From sequence record SRR20825006_1326: a stretch of DNA of 64,000 nt; one strand, written 5' to 3'. A program made the position numbers and the translations under genes. The stretch's first letter is position 1. Each line of letters begins with the position of its first letter. The notes beneath the pieces were generated by a model, which was given only the letters and a program-made list of their open reading frames with translations, had not been told where the DNA came from and made no database searches. Shown piece after piece: positions 21,901 through 32,000 of the stretch.

Positions 21901-22078
21901 GCCCGACAATACTGCCAACTTCGATCTTCTTTACCATTAGCCCATGTGCGAACTGATCACTTAAACTGTCGAGCTCGCGATAAGTGAGTTTGGTTGAGCC
22001 ATCTTCCACAGCGATGTGGTGCGGAAAATCATTCGCAACCTCATGGAAACGTTTCGCAAGTGAAGTAAACTTATCCAT
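12926..22078 (-). CDS. Hybrid NRPS-PKS A(Ile/Val)-T-C-A(Pro)-T-KS-KR-ACP-ACP-TE with no AT domain (detoxin/rimosamide/pseudovibriamide-type)
   Basis: A cores FTSGSTGKPK and FTSGSTGEPK; manually read codes DAFFLGVTFK (Ile/Val) and DVQFVAHVVK (Pro). T motifs GGDSL and GATSL. C motif HHILLDG. KS triad AACGSS / HGTGT / GHMG. KR GASGGIG...YAATN. Two LGIDSL ACPs. TE GWSFG. Confidence 0.95.
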   Translation of the reverse strand: MDKFTSLAKRFHEVANDFPHHIAVEDGSTKLTYRELDSLSDQFAHGLMVKKIEVGSIVGLMLPRSWQQIVAILGIVKAGAVAAPLDRQSPKSRIKEMAEDIGCALILVNAKSTKIGGQRCSIFSSILDAGKKSKFVAQERSKDALSFVFFTSGSTGKPKAVLVPERGVLRLGMQGYIPLDEHVRVGHISNPSFDAINFDIWAPLLNGGTCVVFPDGAFDDFRAFSAQLVDHNINTLFMTVALFNAIVAEQEQCFTGLSTLLIGGEQINTQTVLKWYKNNPKSNCTIYNVYGPTECATFSLNYPIPRDEKAANAPIGRPLPGTKLTVVDADLQKVNDGQKGELLISGDAVALGYHERQELNDQAFVKLNGKVHYRTGDLVQRNADGTINYVGRIGRQVKVRGFRVEPGEIETILNRHPEIENAHVMAAKSATGVLELHAFVVPAREVSIDDVHAYLQMHLPTYMMPHHFYRLAHLPTNANGKIDREALIAADYPRWQPTKFATELSPEVKALRDIAAAVLEQPDLDAGSTFLSAGGDSLSALRFKHQIVCELSLSISVADILSFPLKDLLNKAALIEETAQAFKQSPSGISPATSEQKRLWLDAQRYPVSRAYSVPLVFRIAGPVDAEKLEHAFSSLFKHHASFRTAFREVDGELMQVVLEESACTFEAFRAGKYKAKDWERFAKDAFAQPFDLSEPALCRAYWLPFNGHEGILLINAHHILLDGWSLDLMLQQLSSLYGGDLLPDDAGPEMGQFAHWQREQFSTHEYAAKRKALHDLWLNDDSIYAPLTAQCACDEMDAFVTRKKFSSEAAQIVRRCASAQNVTPFNLYLAAFSLGYAYITGLQNFKLATPASNRTNPAFAETIGMMANTMLLPVRLPAKQSLNEALATNCSIWAEFLQFDEVAFEHFIEDLAQAGHADAGRFDAMFVLENTDYDQLQLAQCRTKFEIPFHVDGKAPITAFVLETADGPELIVEAQSRFFTQEDVDRLCESFENAIDGLADLDTPIEQFTLPLIDDLSAQSTVVAPKTIAEMFQQQAALTPSTIAVVDGYHWLSYRALIQHSWKLIDELKVQLGDRKSGDVIGVYIQPSREHIVALIALAQMNITILPLDPSYPDEMLQRIVEKAKPSLILTHPKAEPRSFADVDVYEVNLNQPSQNKPASHDGENPLYLLFTSGSTGEPKGVYVPDDALCNLLQWQKQEGTLAKAAITQQFSKLSFDVSFQEIFTTLTTGGTFHIIEPELRQDPAILLEEMRDKRIERIFLPFVALKLLAETALRSGIILPYLKEVVSAGEELVSTQTLKAWFKQLPQARLINHYGPSETHVVSAYNLPEDVDQWPDSAPIGRPISNVSFRIKDAQNSEDGSGELLVSGDFVRPCYADDKDNDKAFETDVEGRVWYKTGDRAAIVRNYHFAYRGRLDNQIKLSGHRVELQQIEAVLNRISGIALAIVVQKSDSELACFYEANGAAPTLSKVNAHLAKHLPDYLQLNSFVAMENWPKTPSGKIDRKKLQLQKIEQELHADFSEIDWGSQTERQLADLFKDIIHREIRAEQTFFEAGATSLDLIRYRDACQSAFGIQLPVALLFQFSSIEKLAQHLGPQEETQSKPKPERHNSQEKMAIVGVSINVAGAENYEAFTELVINNRTGIERFGAEHGKIGARSQLKNMMGFDPTYFGISKPEAKLMDPQQRHLLMGAVHCLQDAGVNPQHSQARIGVMASAGENTYFQQALNGEYDSDLPDSFQMALHHDKDFLGSKIAYRLGLTGPAIAVQAACGSSLIGLHMAAGMLRHGDADMMLVGGCLIDATLQDGYTYRPQHIFSKDGLCRPFDRDASGTIGASGYGFVLLMPLSKALDAGHKVYAVLEGSAINNDGHDKMSYTAPSVQGQTEVLQTALGNAGLSADDITLIEAHGTGTALGDPIEIEALRRAYGERDTTLTVSSLKSQIGHMGAAAGLVGLIRAIVALKTKTLPPNLNFKALNPEIALGDTPIHFPAKSKTWACQTQRRAGVSSFGIGGTNAHAIVGEFETLAFKSKQTVPLFLLSAHSQDALVIWAKQIADYLETQPDQLNNVLAFLQYGTPHLSYRAGFVCADAKQAVAALRKLDDGRKSVSNEQIDLAAHDDLEERLERWLSGAHLSSEITQIAPRPQGFPLYPFMLENFEFAKKGKAQTPANLNDIRRLDAQDWLYAPAWQNLGRLNGPSVKRDFAIILHADGLDAEAKAALASNYEQVHFLKIGDDVAEVTRQIDQTVPTTTVDVINFAPAQLGLGVSSDQLDHAQIYCLDAIPVVLELAQQFDASKLRIVLASCEAADVFGANEAPLAGLLAGAQSVLASECDLATSWIDFANGCIEDLNDFLTRRPVEAGRYAVRKGCLWQRQLAPMVSSSLQIEGYAGRHLVIGASGGIGRNICLELLSDPNAELDITTRSGQLPEPLADYADRITVHALDLAQEDAILPKLDGPVENVVFAAGAAHGALIAHRDKDAMRQNNKVKTQGLLKLESWVGKQQPKRVIYCSSMASEFGGRGQLDYAATNGLLDSFAHWVNPNAPNTVRTVINWDIWRESGMAVNALEHDDLHQLHLTYGLSDQEGRSIFQRCLASSHPQICVSTVALKDAVQFYSASEKPLAAPSQINQSKDEIIIDLVQSISGETEVSTHHRLDELGIDSLATLDLIDEIKVALGVELALSELPPALTVSGLVELIAGKDNSSDIAARLSAMLQTVLGLDTFAPSNSFGELGIDSLMALDLIDEIKAAFGVSLPVSAFHEDATLNDVVQYVEEGLEDGEVQQDRESLTISVDCWQQGDGEKVICFIHPVGGEVASYKSLFQHLDKATTVYAISDPNLRLEPGEPLTIQARAKAYLQALDQKTDQERHNLELVGWSFGAWVAAEMCRLAEHQDKSFGYLTMIDPPEPDCGAEIAEHSKEEVQEAFLHDLAPRLNKSHASLQSQIAPELQQHLENLVRCCQLNMAAMRAHVPGELRHTKVHLFVAGQVADGLLVDPIKPQNHMAKWGQRLPELIYGEILEADHYSIMQSPNIERIAEQFFSDHKQPIRVPSL

Positions 22079-25000
22079 GGGCCACCTCCAGCTCAGAAGC
22101 CGTCGCGATTGCGTCCAGTTCCTGCAAAATTACCTTTTTAACAATCTTGAGTTCGTCGGTTTCCAACATTTCCCAATGATCGCCACGCACGAGCTTGACT
22201 GAGAAATCACCCTCAGTGCGGCTACGCCAATAGGCACGGGTTTCATGCAAGAAGCGCCGGGGTAGGTCGCTCCTCGCTTGGATAAATGCCATCCGCGCAC
22301 CGCTCACAGGCACCTCATAGTCACGCACAGCTAGGCGGTTTTGGTTATAAACATTGAAGTACCGTTCGATCTGAGCATCATCAATGCCGGGATAGGTGCC
22401 GTTAAACCGCACCAACTTGTCCCGAAATTCGGGCAAATCCACCACATCAATCATCCGGCGGGCTTCAACATCATGGGTGCCTTGCGTATCAAGCAACACC
22501 ACAGAAACATCTTTCTTGCCGCGGGCATTCAGCAAGCGTCCCATCTCGTGCGCCACCAAACCGCCGAAGGATAGCCCCGTGATCACCATCGGTTGATCCA
22601 CCAAGGGTTCAATTAAGGGGAGATAATGCGCCGCCATGTCCTCAACTGACGTGCAGGCCTCCTCATTGGCGTTCAATCCCATAGATTGCAGACCATAAAC
22701 GCCGATATTTTCGTCTAGAGTTTTGGCCAGAGACAGATAGCAAAACGCGGTGCCGCCCGCAGGGTGTACGCACACCACATTGGTAGAGCCATCGCCTTGT
22801 TGCAGGGTGATTAGATGATCTTCATCCTGCCGCTCCGCCGCATCGCCACGCAGCATTGCCCCCAGTTCCTCGATGGTTGGGCTGGTGATGATGCTCTTTA
22901 GCGCCAACTGCACGCCAAAACTTTCCTTGATTTGGTGCACCATTTTGATCGCAGAAATAGAGCTGCCGCCAATGGCAAAGAAATTATCGCGAATGCCAAT
23001 GGTCGGGTGCAGCAAAATAGTCTTCCAAATGCGATAAAGCTTCATCTCAGTGTCATCGCGCGGGCTGGCTTGGTTCACCGCATTGCTCGCCGTAAAGTCC
23101 GCCGGGTCGGGCAGGGCCTTGCGGTCTATTTTCCCGCTGGCATTTAGCGGCAATTGGTCAAGGTGAATGATCATGGACGGCACCATATAGGTGGGCAGAA
23201 ACTGCTTTAATGCCGCTCGTAAATTGTCGGGCTCATCACCCCCTTGCACAAATGCCACCAGCTGATCTCGCCAGCCAATAACGGCTGCAAGGGCACAGCC
23301 ACAACGGCGCAATCCCGCTTCAATCTCACCCGGCTCAATGCGGAAACCATTGATTTTAAGCTGAAAATCTTTGCGGCCAATAAAGCGAAGGTCGCCGTTT
23401 GTGTTCTCAACGCCCAAATCGCCAGTGCGATATAGTTTGGTCTGCCGCAGATAAGGATGATCAATAAAAGTCTCAGAGGTGAGGTCATCCCGCTGATGAT
23501 AGCCATTGCCGACCCCGACGCCCGCAATGCAGATCTCGCCAATTGCGCCACGCGGCACAGGATGGCCTTTTTCATCCAGTAAGCAAATGCTGGTTCGTGA
23601 AATGGCTTTGCCAATTGGCACATGCAAATGGTCATCTCGATCCGGATCAAAGATGTGAAAAGCAGAATCCACCGCACATTCGCTCACGCCGTAAACATTG
23701 ATCAGCTGAACCTGGGGCAGCTGCTCAATCACCGAACGGGCCAAATCTGTTGTCAGCGCGCCGCCACCGCAAAAAACATACTTCAAGCTCGGGCAGCCGT
23801 TTTCTGGCAGTGCATCCAAAAACAATTGCAGTGTTGCCGGCACAAACTGGATGGCAGCGAGCTGGTGCGTATGCACAAGCTCAGGCAAGTCAGCTGGATT
23901 CTTCCGCGCGTCCCCCTGTGCCAACACCAACTCATGACCTGCAAGAAGGGGCCAGAAAAATTCCCACAAACTGGCGTCAAACCCGATCGCACTCTTTTGC
24001 AAAACGCTTTCCTGCTCACCGAGCGGAAATTCATTTTCTGTCCAAGTCGCCAGATTAACCAACCCCTTATGGGTGACATATGTACCCTTGGGGGTTCCGG
24101 TCGACCCAGAGGTGAAAATCAAAATCGCATTATCAGATGGTTCAATTTCAACATCTGGGGACGTTGCCGCAAATGCATCTAACTTGGTGTGCAACTGCCC
24201 CAAATCGACAATCTCTGGCGCGTCACAAGCAATTTCACCCGAAACAAACACCAGTTTCGCCTGTGCATCCGCCAATATTTGCTGCTTTCGTTCGCTTGGC
24301 AAACTCGGATCAAGCGGCAGCGCAACCGCGCCAGCTTTCAGGATGCCCAGTAGCGCGGCAACATAGTTACAGTCAGGCTCTGCACTGAGCGCAACAACGT
24401 TGCCCTTTTGGATAGATTTCGACAAAAGCAACTGCGCGACTTGGTTCGCTTTCCCATCTAATTCAGCAAACTCAAGGTGCTGATTTGCATCCGTAACCGC
24501 ACGCGATTTCGGAAATTGGGTCACAACTTTGGCAAAACGGGCAGGGATGCTGGTAAGGTCATCTTCAAGAGCAGATGTGTGATGCAGGTGCGCGCGATAA
24601 GCATCAAGATCAATCAACGCAATATCGCCCACTGAAATGGTGGGCTTCAAACTCACAGCCTTTAAAGCATGGGTGAACGCCTGCGCCATGCTTTCAATCG
24701 TGCTCTGGTCAAACAGGTCGCTATTATATTCAAAGCCAAGCTGGAAATTATCCTGATTTTCAAACAGCTCGATGGTGATGTCATACTTTGCCGTGGCGCT
24801 GTCAGTTTCCATTGGCGCAATGTTCAACGCGCCATTGATTTGCTCACCCACAGGCATATTTTGAAAAATCAGCATGGTTTGGAACAGTGGTGAATAGCTG
24901 GCCGAGCGTTTTGGATTGACCGCCTCAACCACTTTCTCAAACGCAATATCCTGATGGTCCATCGCGCCCAAAACCTTGTCGTTCATTTGGGCAACCAGCT

Positions 25001-26081
25001 CTGCAAATTGCATTTGATCGCCAAATCGCGCGCGGATTACGACAGTATTGATAAAATGGCCAATCAGGCCTTCCAGCTCTTGCTGGTCACGTCCAGCTAG
25101 TGGCGTGCCGGTGCAAATATCATTTTGCCCGCTAAAACGCCCCATCACCAAAGCATGCACCGCCAGGAAAATGGCAAACGGCGTTACACGCAGCTTTTGG
25201 CAAAGATTGTCGATTTCTTGGAATAATGGACCGTCGATCAGATAGCGGAAATGAGCACCATTCATTGATTGTTCGGCTGGGCGAGGTCGATCCGTCGGCA
25301 AGTCCAACAAATCAGGCGCATCGCTGAGTTCTGCTCGCCAATAATCAACTTGCCGCTGCATTTCATCGGACGATAATTTATTGCGCTGCATTTCGGCAAA
25401 CTCTGCATATTGCAACGGAAGCGGTGCGAATGCGGGCATGCCTCCGGCGGCAAATCCCTTATATGCCTTAAAAATTTCGTCCACCAAAATACCGATGGAC
25501 CAGCCATCTGCACAAATATGATGCACATTCAGCAAAAATACATGGTCGGACGCACCCAGTACCAGCAATTGAGCGCGGATCGCGGTTTCTCGTTCCAGAT
25601 CAAAACCAGTCTGCGCCATGGTGCGGATATGATGGTCGAGTTCTGTTGGTTGGCCCTGTAAATTGACAATGTCCAACTGACGATCACTCTCAGATAATAC
25701 GCGCTGCCGCGGTTCCCCCTGATGGTCGAAGAAGACCGTACGCAAAATGCTGTGCCGTTGCACAATCAAATCAAATGCCTTACCCAGCGCCGCATGGTCC
25801 AAGGGGCCTTTGATGCGAAAGGCCAACGGATTGTTGTAGCGTGGATTTTGCGGCTCCAACCGATCCAAAAACCATAATTGCGCTTGGCTGAAGGACTGCG
25901 GATAATCCCGACCTTGGCGCAAACGCAGCAGCGAAATGAGCGCTGGCTTTTCCTGCTTCATCTGGTGCAAAAGCTCTGGTGAAATTGCACCCTTTGCTGC
26001 TTTCACTTTCAGATTTCCATCTTGCACATGAAGGGTCACGCCCAGGTTTTCGAGTTCATTGAGAAGGCGAATAGCACTCAT
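22071..26081 (-). CDS. Terminal NRPS module: docking domain-C-A(Gln?)-T-TE
   Basis: TubC_N-like N-terminus; HHICADG; A code read as DAWQFGVVDK (close to the Gln code DAWQFGLIDK); T GGSSI; TE GLSFGG with C-terminal GDH. Confidence 0.94.
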   Translation of the reverse strand: MSAIRLLNELENLGVTLHVQDGNLKVKAAKGAISPELLHQMKQEKPALISLLRLRQGRDYPQSFSQAQLWFLDRLEPQNPRYNNPLAFRIKGPLDHAALGKAFDLIVQRHSILRTVFFDHQGEPRQRVLSESDRQLDIVNLQGQPTELDHHIRTMAQTGFDLERETAIRAQLLVLGASDHVFLLNVHHICADGWSIGILVDEIFKAYKGFAAGGMPAFAPLPLQYAEFAEMQRNKLSSDEMQRQVDYWRAELSDAPDLLDLPTDRPRPAEQSMNGAHFRYLIDGPLFQEIDNLCQKLRVTPFAIFLAVHALVMGRFSGQNDICTGTPLAGRDQQELEGLIGHFINTVVIRARFGDQMQFAELVAQMNDKVLGAMDHQDIAFEKVVEAVNPKRSASYSPLFQTMLIFQNMPVGEQINGALNIAPMETDSATAKYDITIELFENQDNFQLGFEYNSDLFDQSTIESMAQAFTHALKAVSLKPTISVGDIALIDLDAYRAHLHHTSALEDDLTSIPARFAKVVTQFPKSRAVTDANQHLEFAELDGKANQVAQLLLSKSIQKGNVVALSAEPDCNYVAALLGILKAGAVALPLDPSLPSERKQQILADAQAKLVFVSGEIACDAPEIVDLGQLHTKLDAFAATSPDVEIEPSDNAILIFTSGSTGTPKGTYVTHKGLVNLATWTENEFPLGEQESVLQKSAIGFDASLWEFFWPLLAGHELVLAQGDARKNPADLPELVHTHQLAAIQFVPATLQLFLDALPENGCPSLKYVFCGGGALTTDLARSVIEQLPQVQLINVYGVSECAVDSAFHIFDPDRDDHLHVPIGKAISRTSICLLDEKGHPVPRGAIGEICIAGVGVGNGYHQRDDLTSETFIDHPYLRQTKLYRTGDLGVENTNGDLRFIGRKDFQLKINGFRIEPGEIEAGLRRCGCALAAVIGWRDQLVAFVQGGDEPDNLRAALKQFLPTYMVPSMIIHLDQLPLNASGKIDRKALPDPADFTASNAVNQASPRDDTEMKLYRIWKTILLHPTIGIRDNFFAIGGSSISAIKMVHQIKESFGVQLALKSIITSPTIEELGAMLRGDAAERQDEDHLITLQQGDGSTNVVCVHPAGGTAFCYLSLAKTLDENIGVYGLQSMGLNANEEACTSVEDMAAHYLPLIEPLVDQPMVITGLSFGGLVAHEMGRLLNARGKKDVSVVLLDTQGTHDVEARRMIDVVDLPEFRDKLVRFNGTYPGIDDAQIERYFNVYNQNRLAVRDYEVPVSGARMAFIQARSDLPRRFLHETRAYWRSRTEGDFSVKLVRGDHWEMLETDELKIVKKVILQELDAIATASELEVAHG

Positions 26082-29000
26082 ATTTCAAACTCCTCCATCT
26101 CTTCAGATGGATCATCTTGCGCAGGCGCGGTGGCGGGAATGCCGCCGATCATGGAATAAATAAGTTGATGGTGCGGCCCAAGATCGAACAGATCACACAA
26201 GGCTTCATTGATCATTTCGCCAATGCCACACAGGCCAAGGCCGATTTCGCCAGCGCGGTGCGTCAAATGTTGGGCAACCAAACCAGCTTCAATCAGCGAC
26301 ATATCGCGGCCCTGGTCACCATAAAGCGGACGAATAGCGGCATCATCCGCCACAAAGAACAGAGCGAAAGCCCCGCCTTCAAAAGTCGGTCGATTGACAA
26401 AATAGTCATAGGCATCTGCCGAAAGGGCTTTGCCGGTCCCCGTGGCCACCAAAGTCCGATCCTTCGGATCAACATAGTAACAGCCGCCAGGCACGCCGAT
26501 TACACGATCAGGTTTCACATAAATATAGGTCTGCACCGGATAGAGCCCACCCGCAGAGGCATATTGAAAGCGCGGACGCCCTTCAGCAGGGTTTTGCATA
26601 ATGGCCGCAAGCAGCTTCGAGAATGTGCGCTTGTCCACCGACGCATCGGAAAACTCGCGCACTGAGCGGTTAGCCTCAAACACATCCCGTTCTTCTGGCT
26701 CAATGTCCAACGGCACCCGCTTGGCCTCCGGCGCAAATTTGCGACGGCCTTTTTCCGCAGCTTTAAAGACTTCACGCTCTGCTTTATCCTCGATGACGCG
26801 TGACACAACCTCTGTTTGCTCAGGCTCTGGGTCTACAACCGGGCGCGTTTCCTGCCAAATATCAAAAAGTGTGCTCACCGTCGGCGCGCGCATAAATCGA
26901 GCAAGCTTAGGCCGGAAACCCATATCCGCCGCCAGCGCATTGCTGATCCTTACAATATCGAGCGATGTTGCCCCCAAAGCCAACAAATTTGCATCTATGG
27001 CGATTGCACTTTGCTTCAACGCCTTTTCAACAATGGCCACAATTTTCTGCTCGTCGGGCCCTAACTCTCTAGCAGCGCTTGCCTGCGCCTTCAGTTCAGG
27101 TTTGGGCAACTTCTTCCGGTCAACCTTGCCGTTGGCCGAAAGCGGCATTTGATCAATAAAGCTGATGCTTGATGGAATTTCATAGGCAGGCAGCAATTGC
27201 GCCAGATGCTCCCGCAGGGCATCCTCAGTCAATTCGCAATCTGACGTCACCACATAGGCGGCGAGGCGCTTCTCCTCCATGGTATCGCCCAAAATCCGCA
27301 CCGCGGCCGCATCCACAGCCGCGTGCTTATCGAGCGCCGCTTCGATTTCACCAAGCTCAATGCGATATCCTTGCACCTTCACTTGTGTATCGGCACGGCC
27401 CATAAATTCGATATTGCCGTCAGGCAACATGCGCCCCAAATCACCCGTGCGATAGAGCCGCTCGCCCGTTTTAGGGTGTTTGATAAAGGAAGCGTCAGTC
27501 CGTTCCTGATCACCATAATAGCCAAGGGCAACCCCGCGACCGCCAATATACAACTCGCCAACCACCCAAGTGGGACGGGCATTCAACTGCTCATCAAGCA
27601 CATGGAAGCTTTGGCCCTTTAGTGCCTTGCCGTATGGAATACTTTTCCAGTTTGGATCAACAGTCTCGATCGGATAACAAATCGACCAGATCGATGCTTC
27701 CGTGGCACCACCCAAGCTCCAAATCTGTGTCTCTGGGCTTTGCGCGCGCACCTTGCCCGGCAAATCGAGCGGTATCCAATCGCCAGACATCATCGCAACA
27801 CGCAAAGAATAGGGCGCAGACATTGCGTTCGCGTGATCAGCTAAAAGACCGAGCAGGGCAGGTACAGAATTCCACACGCTCACATCATGCGCGTTGATCA
27901 ACTCAAGCCAATGTTGCGGATCGCGGCTCTTGTCAGCCTCCGGCACCACAAGGGCGGCACCTTTGCTCAATGTCCCGAAAATATCATAGACGGAAAGATC
28001 GAAATTAAGCGCAGAAACGCCCAAAATACGATCCTCTTGCCGCAAGCTAATCCGCTCATTTATGTCGTAAATAGTGTTACACGCCCCGCCATGATCAATC
28101 ATCACGCCTTTTGGTTCGCCTGTCGAACCGGAGGTAAAGATGATATAGGCCAAGTCATCAATGTTGCGTTCAACTGGTGCAGGCTTACGTCCGTCCACGC
28201 CTGCGTCCACAATCACTGCCTCAACATGAGGCGGCAAAAGATCTGGTTCTGCAAAACCGTCTTCCACCAGCACAATTCGACTGTTGGTTTTGGCCAAAAT
28301 CTTCCCTAGCCGCGCTGCGGGTAAATTCCGATCCAGCGGCAGATAAACGCCACCCGCCATCAAAATACCCAGTGCAGCAACAGTTTGCTGCCAGCTCGGC
28401 TCCAGAAAAATGCCGATAATATCGCCAGGCACGCAGCCTTGATCCTGCAACCGCGCCGCAAGCGCCTGCGCTTCCCGAAGCACATCGGCATAAGTAAGCG
28501 TCCGATCATTGGCAATCACGGCCACATTATCCGGTGTTTTGGCGGCTTGCCGCTCAAACAATTCGTTTAACGTGGTGAGGTCGGCGAGGGGGGTAGGTTG
28601 ATCAAGCAGTTTCTGATCAAACAATTCATCGGTTCTTGCTTGCCATTGCGCACCATCGCTAAGCACGTCCAAAAGCTGGCAATAGTCAGCAAACATGGCA
28701 TCCATCAACCCATCAGGAAACAGCGCGTCAATGCTGTCCCAGTTGAAGATCAGCTCGCCCTGTTCTTCCATAATTGTATGGTCCAGCCAAACCTGCGGCG
28801 TCTGCGTGATGGTATGCACATTCTCCGCATCAAACGCCTTCACTTCTGCCTCTGCATTCGCGCCTTCAACCATTTCGGTCAGTGTTGAGTTGAACACAAT
28901 CGGCAAACCGCTCGGTTGCACCCCAAACTTGCGCCCCAACTCACGCATAATTTCAATGCCAGAAATTTTGGCATGGTCCATATCCCGCCATAAATCCTGC

Positions 29001-32000
29001 TGAATATTTTGCGCGAACGCCGCAAATTTCTGATCTTTGATTGCACGCTGACGATAAAGCAGCACAGACGTGAAGTCGCCGATCACACGGTCAATTTCTG
29101 GATGCACCGGAAGGCGGTTAAACAACGGCAGCGACAGGCTGAACTCACCACTTGGCGCATAGCGATTAAGTGTCAGGCAGAAGGCAGCGAGCAGTAAGCC
29201 TGATGGCGTGACCTGTTGTTCATTGGCCACCTGTTTGAGCGCCGTCCATTCGTCCCGCGACATTACCTTTTCACGCCGCATAAATTCCGGCGCTTTCAAG
29301 CTTTCCGGCGTACGCACCGAGGGCAATTGTGGCCCCGCTGGCATATCGTCATAGTGCGACAGCCAATAGTCCAGATCCGCGCGATAGCTTTCGCTCTTTC
29401 GAAACTCTTGTTCTGCCAGCACATAATCACGGAAGCTAACGCCAATTTCAGGCAGCTCCAATGATGGATCAGCATAAAAGCGGTTCAGCTCATAAAGGAA
29501 AATCGACGTGCTGGCCGCATCAAGAATAAGCGCATCAAGGCTCATATGGAGATGACAAAGCGTATCACTAAGCCGCGTCACTTCAAACCCGAATAATGGC
29601 CATCTCTCCGCATCGAAAACCTGATGAGACAAACGATTACGGTTCGCATCTAACGCGCGCTCTTGCGCCTCTGATCCCTGATCGGAAATGTTGTGAATAG
29701 CAATCTTATAGGCCGGAACCTTTGCCAAAATCTGCTGCTGCCCGTCATCGGTGAAGATGGCCCGCAACATGTCATGGCGGGCAATCACCTTGTTCAATGC
29801 GGTTTCAAACCGTTCGACATCAAAGTTCCGAATACGCAATTCATTGTAGGAGTGCGCGCCAACGCCACCCAAATCAAATTCATCATTACGGCCAACAAGA
29901 TAGGCCTGCTGAATATCGCCGAGCGGGAAGGGTGCGTAACGATTATCTGGATCTGGGGTAAGCGTAATCTGCGTTGACACAACGCCTTTGTTCGCTTGCC
30001 GATCAATGTAATCAGCCAAGTCCCCAAGTACGGAATGCCCCATCAAATCAGATAGTTTCAGATCAATCTCGAAATGTTGATTGATCCGGAAAACCAGTTT
30101 GGCCGCCAACAATGAATGGCCACCCAAGGCAAAGAAATCATCATTCGCGCCAATCTTATTAACGCCCAGCACCATCGACCAAATTTCGCTCAGCGCTTTT
30201 TCAGTTTCCGTCCGCAACGGCATCTTGTCTGCGGTTGTCTCTTGCCAATTCGGCGCGGGTAGCGCTTTGCGGTCAATTTTACCGCTCGAATTTAGCGGCA
30301 TTTTATCGAGGTGTTGCCACGCAGTTGGCACCATATATTCAGGCAGTTTTTCTTTCGCCAGCGCCCGCAATTCCTCTGCGGAAATGGCACCTGTGAAATA
30401 CGCCGCAAGCGCCAGCGGGCCATTGGGTCGTGGACGTGCCAGCACTACACAATCGCGCACTTTAGGGTGCACACGCAGCGCAGTTTCAATTTCGCCCGGT
30501 TCCACCCGGAAACCGCGTATTTTCACCTGATCGTCTGCGCGTCCCAAATAGTGAATCACACCATTTTCATCGCGCCGCACCAAGTCGCCGCTTTTAAACA
30601 TTTTCGCGCCTTCGCGTGGCGAAAATGGATCATCTAGAAAACGTTCAGCGGTAAGGTCTGGCCGGTTGAGATAACCCAGCGCCACATTATTACCCCCCAA
30701 ATAGAGTTCGCCCACAACACCATCTGGCACAGGATTTTGGACCTCATCTAGAATATAAAGATTGGTGTTGGCGATCGGTTTCCCGATGGGCGAAACATGC
30801 GGCCAATCTTTGACACTGTCCAACGGCAAACAATGGTGGGTCACCACATGGGTTTCCGTTGGGCCGTAATGATTGTTCAACGCATATTTGCCAAGCTTTG
30901 GCAGGTTCTGACGCACGGCATCGGTAATCTTCAGCGCTTCACCAGCGGTGATAAATTCACACCCGCCAAACTCGGTTAAATCCCCACATGTCTCCGCAAT
31001 AATATGCAGCACCGCAACAGGCAAAAACGCCCGGTCAATTTTATGCGCAGCAATAAAGCCAGCTAAATTCGCAACGTCTTTCGCAATGTCTTGCGAAATT
31101 AGTACCAGGCTGGACCCGGCGCACAACGATGTGAAAATCTCCTGCATCGAAACATCAAATGTCAGCGACGCAAATTGCAGCACGCGTCTGGGCGTAATCC
31201 CATCGGTAAACTGCCAATTAATCACATTGTCCAGCGTGCGGTGCGATTGCACCACGCCTTTCGGTGTGCCCGTGGTGCCGGACGTGTAAAGCACATAAGC
31301 AGGGTCGAGCGGAGAGGGCGCCGCATCTTCAAAATCCACAGGCGCTGCAGAATTCAGCAAACCTTGCAGGTCGACCTGATGGACTTGAACATTAGCATCA
31401 ATCGAATCCTTGGTCGTTGTTGCATCAGCTGAAAGGATCAGCTGCGCGTGCGCGTCGCGCAAAATAAAATCTAGTCGGTCACGCGGATGCAACGGATCGA
31501 GCGGCATAATCGCGCCGCCAGCTTTCAATATAGCGAAGATCGAGATGACGGTTTCAATCGACCGATCTGCCCAAATCCCAACGGGCTGATCAAATCTGTA
31601 ACCTGCCTCAAGCAGATCGTGGGCCAAACGATTGGCACAATGCTCCAATTCAGCAAAGCTCAGTTGATGACCATCTTTCTCAATCGCCATTTCGTTGGCA
31701 TGCGCCGCACAAACGGCTTTGAAGCGCGGCAATGTGCGCGACGCTTCATCATAATCAGAAACAGGTTGCAGCCATCTTTCAAAATCAGCCTGGGCGCGTT
31801 CCTTCGGCGCAAGTCCAATCTCCGCCAGCTCAGCATTCGGTTGCTGCACAAATTCCGTCAAAATATGTTCGAAATATTGCGCATATTTCTCAATTGTTTG
31901 GCGGGAAAACAAACTGGTGGCAAACTGCAGACTGCCTGCAATGTAGTCATCAAATTCAGTTGCTTCTAACAGCAAATCGAACTTCGCATTGTCGAGTTGC

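Noticed and set aside
26078-30000. Siderophore (pyochelin/yersiniabactin-like) interpretation of the Cy-A(Cys) module
   Set aside because: No salicylate, DHB or hydroxamate genes and no TonB-dependent receptor in the window. The module has an oxidase and sits in the middle of the peptide.
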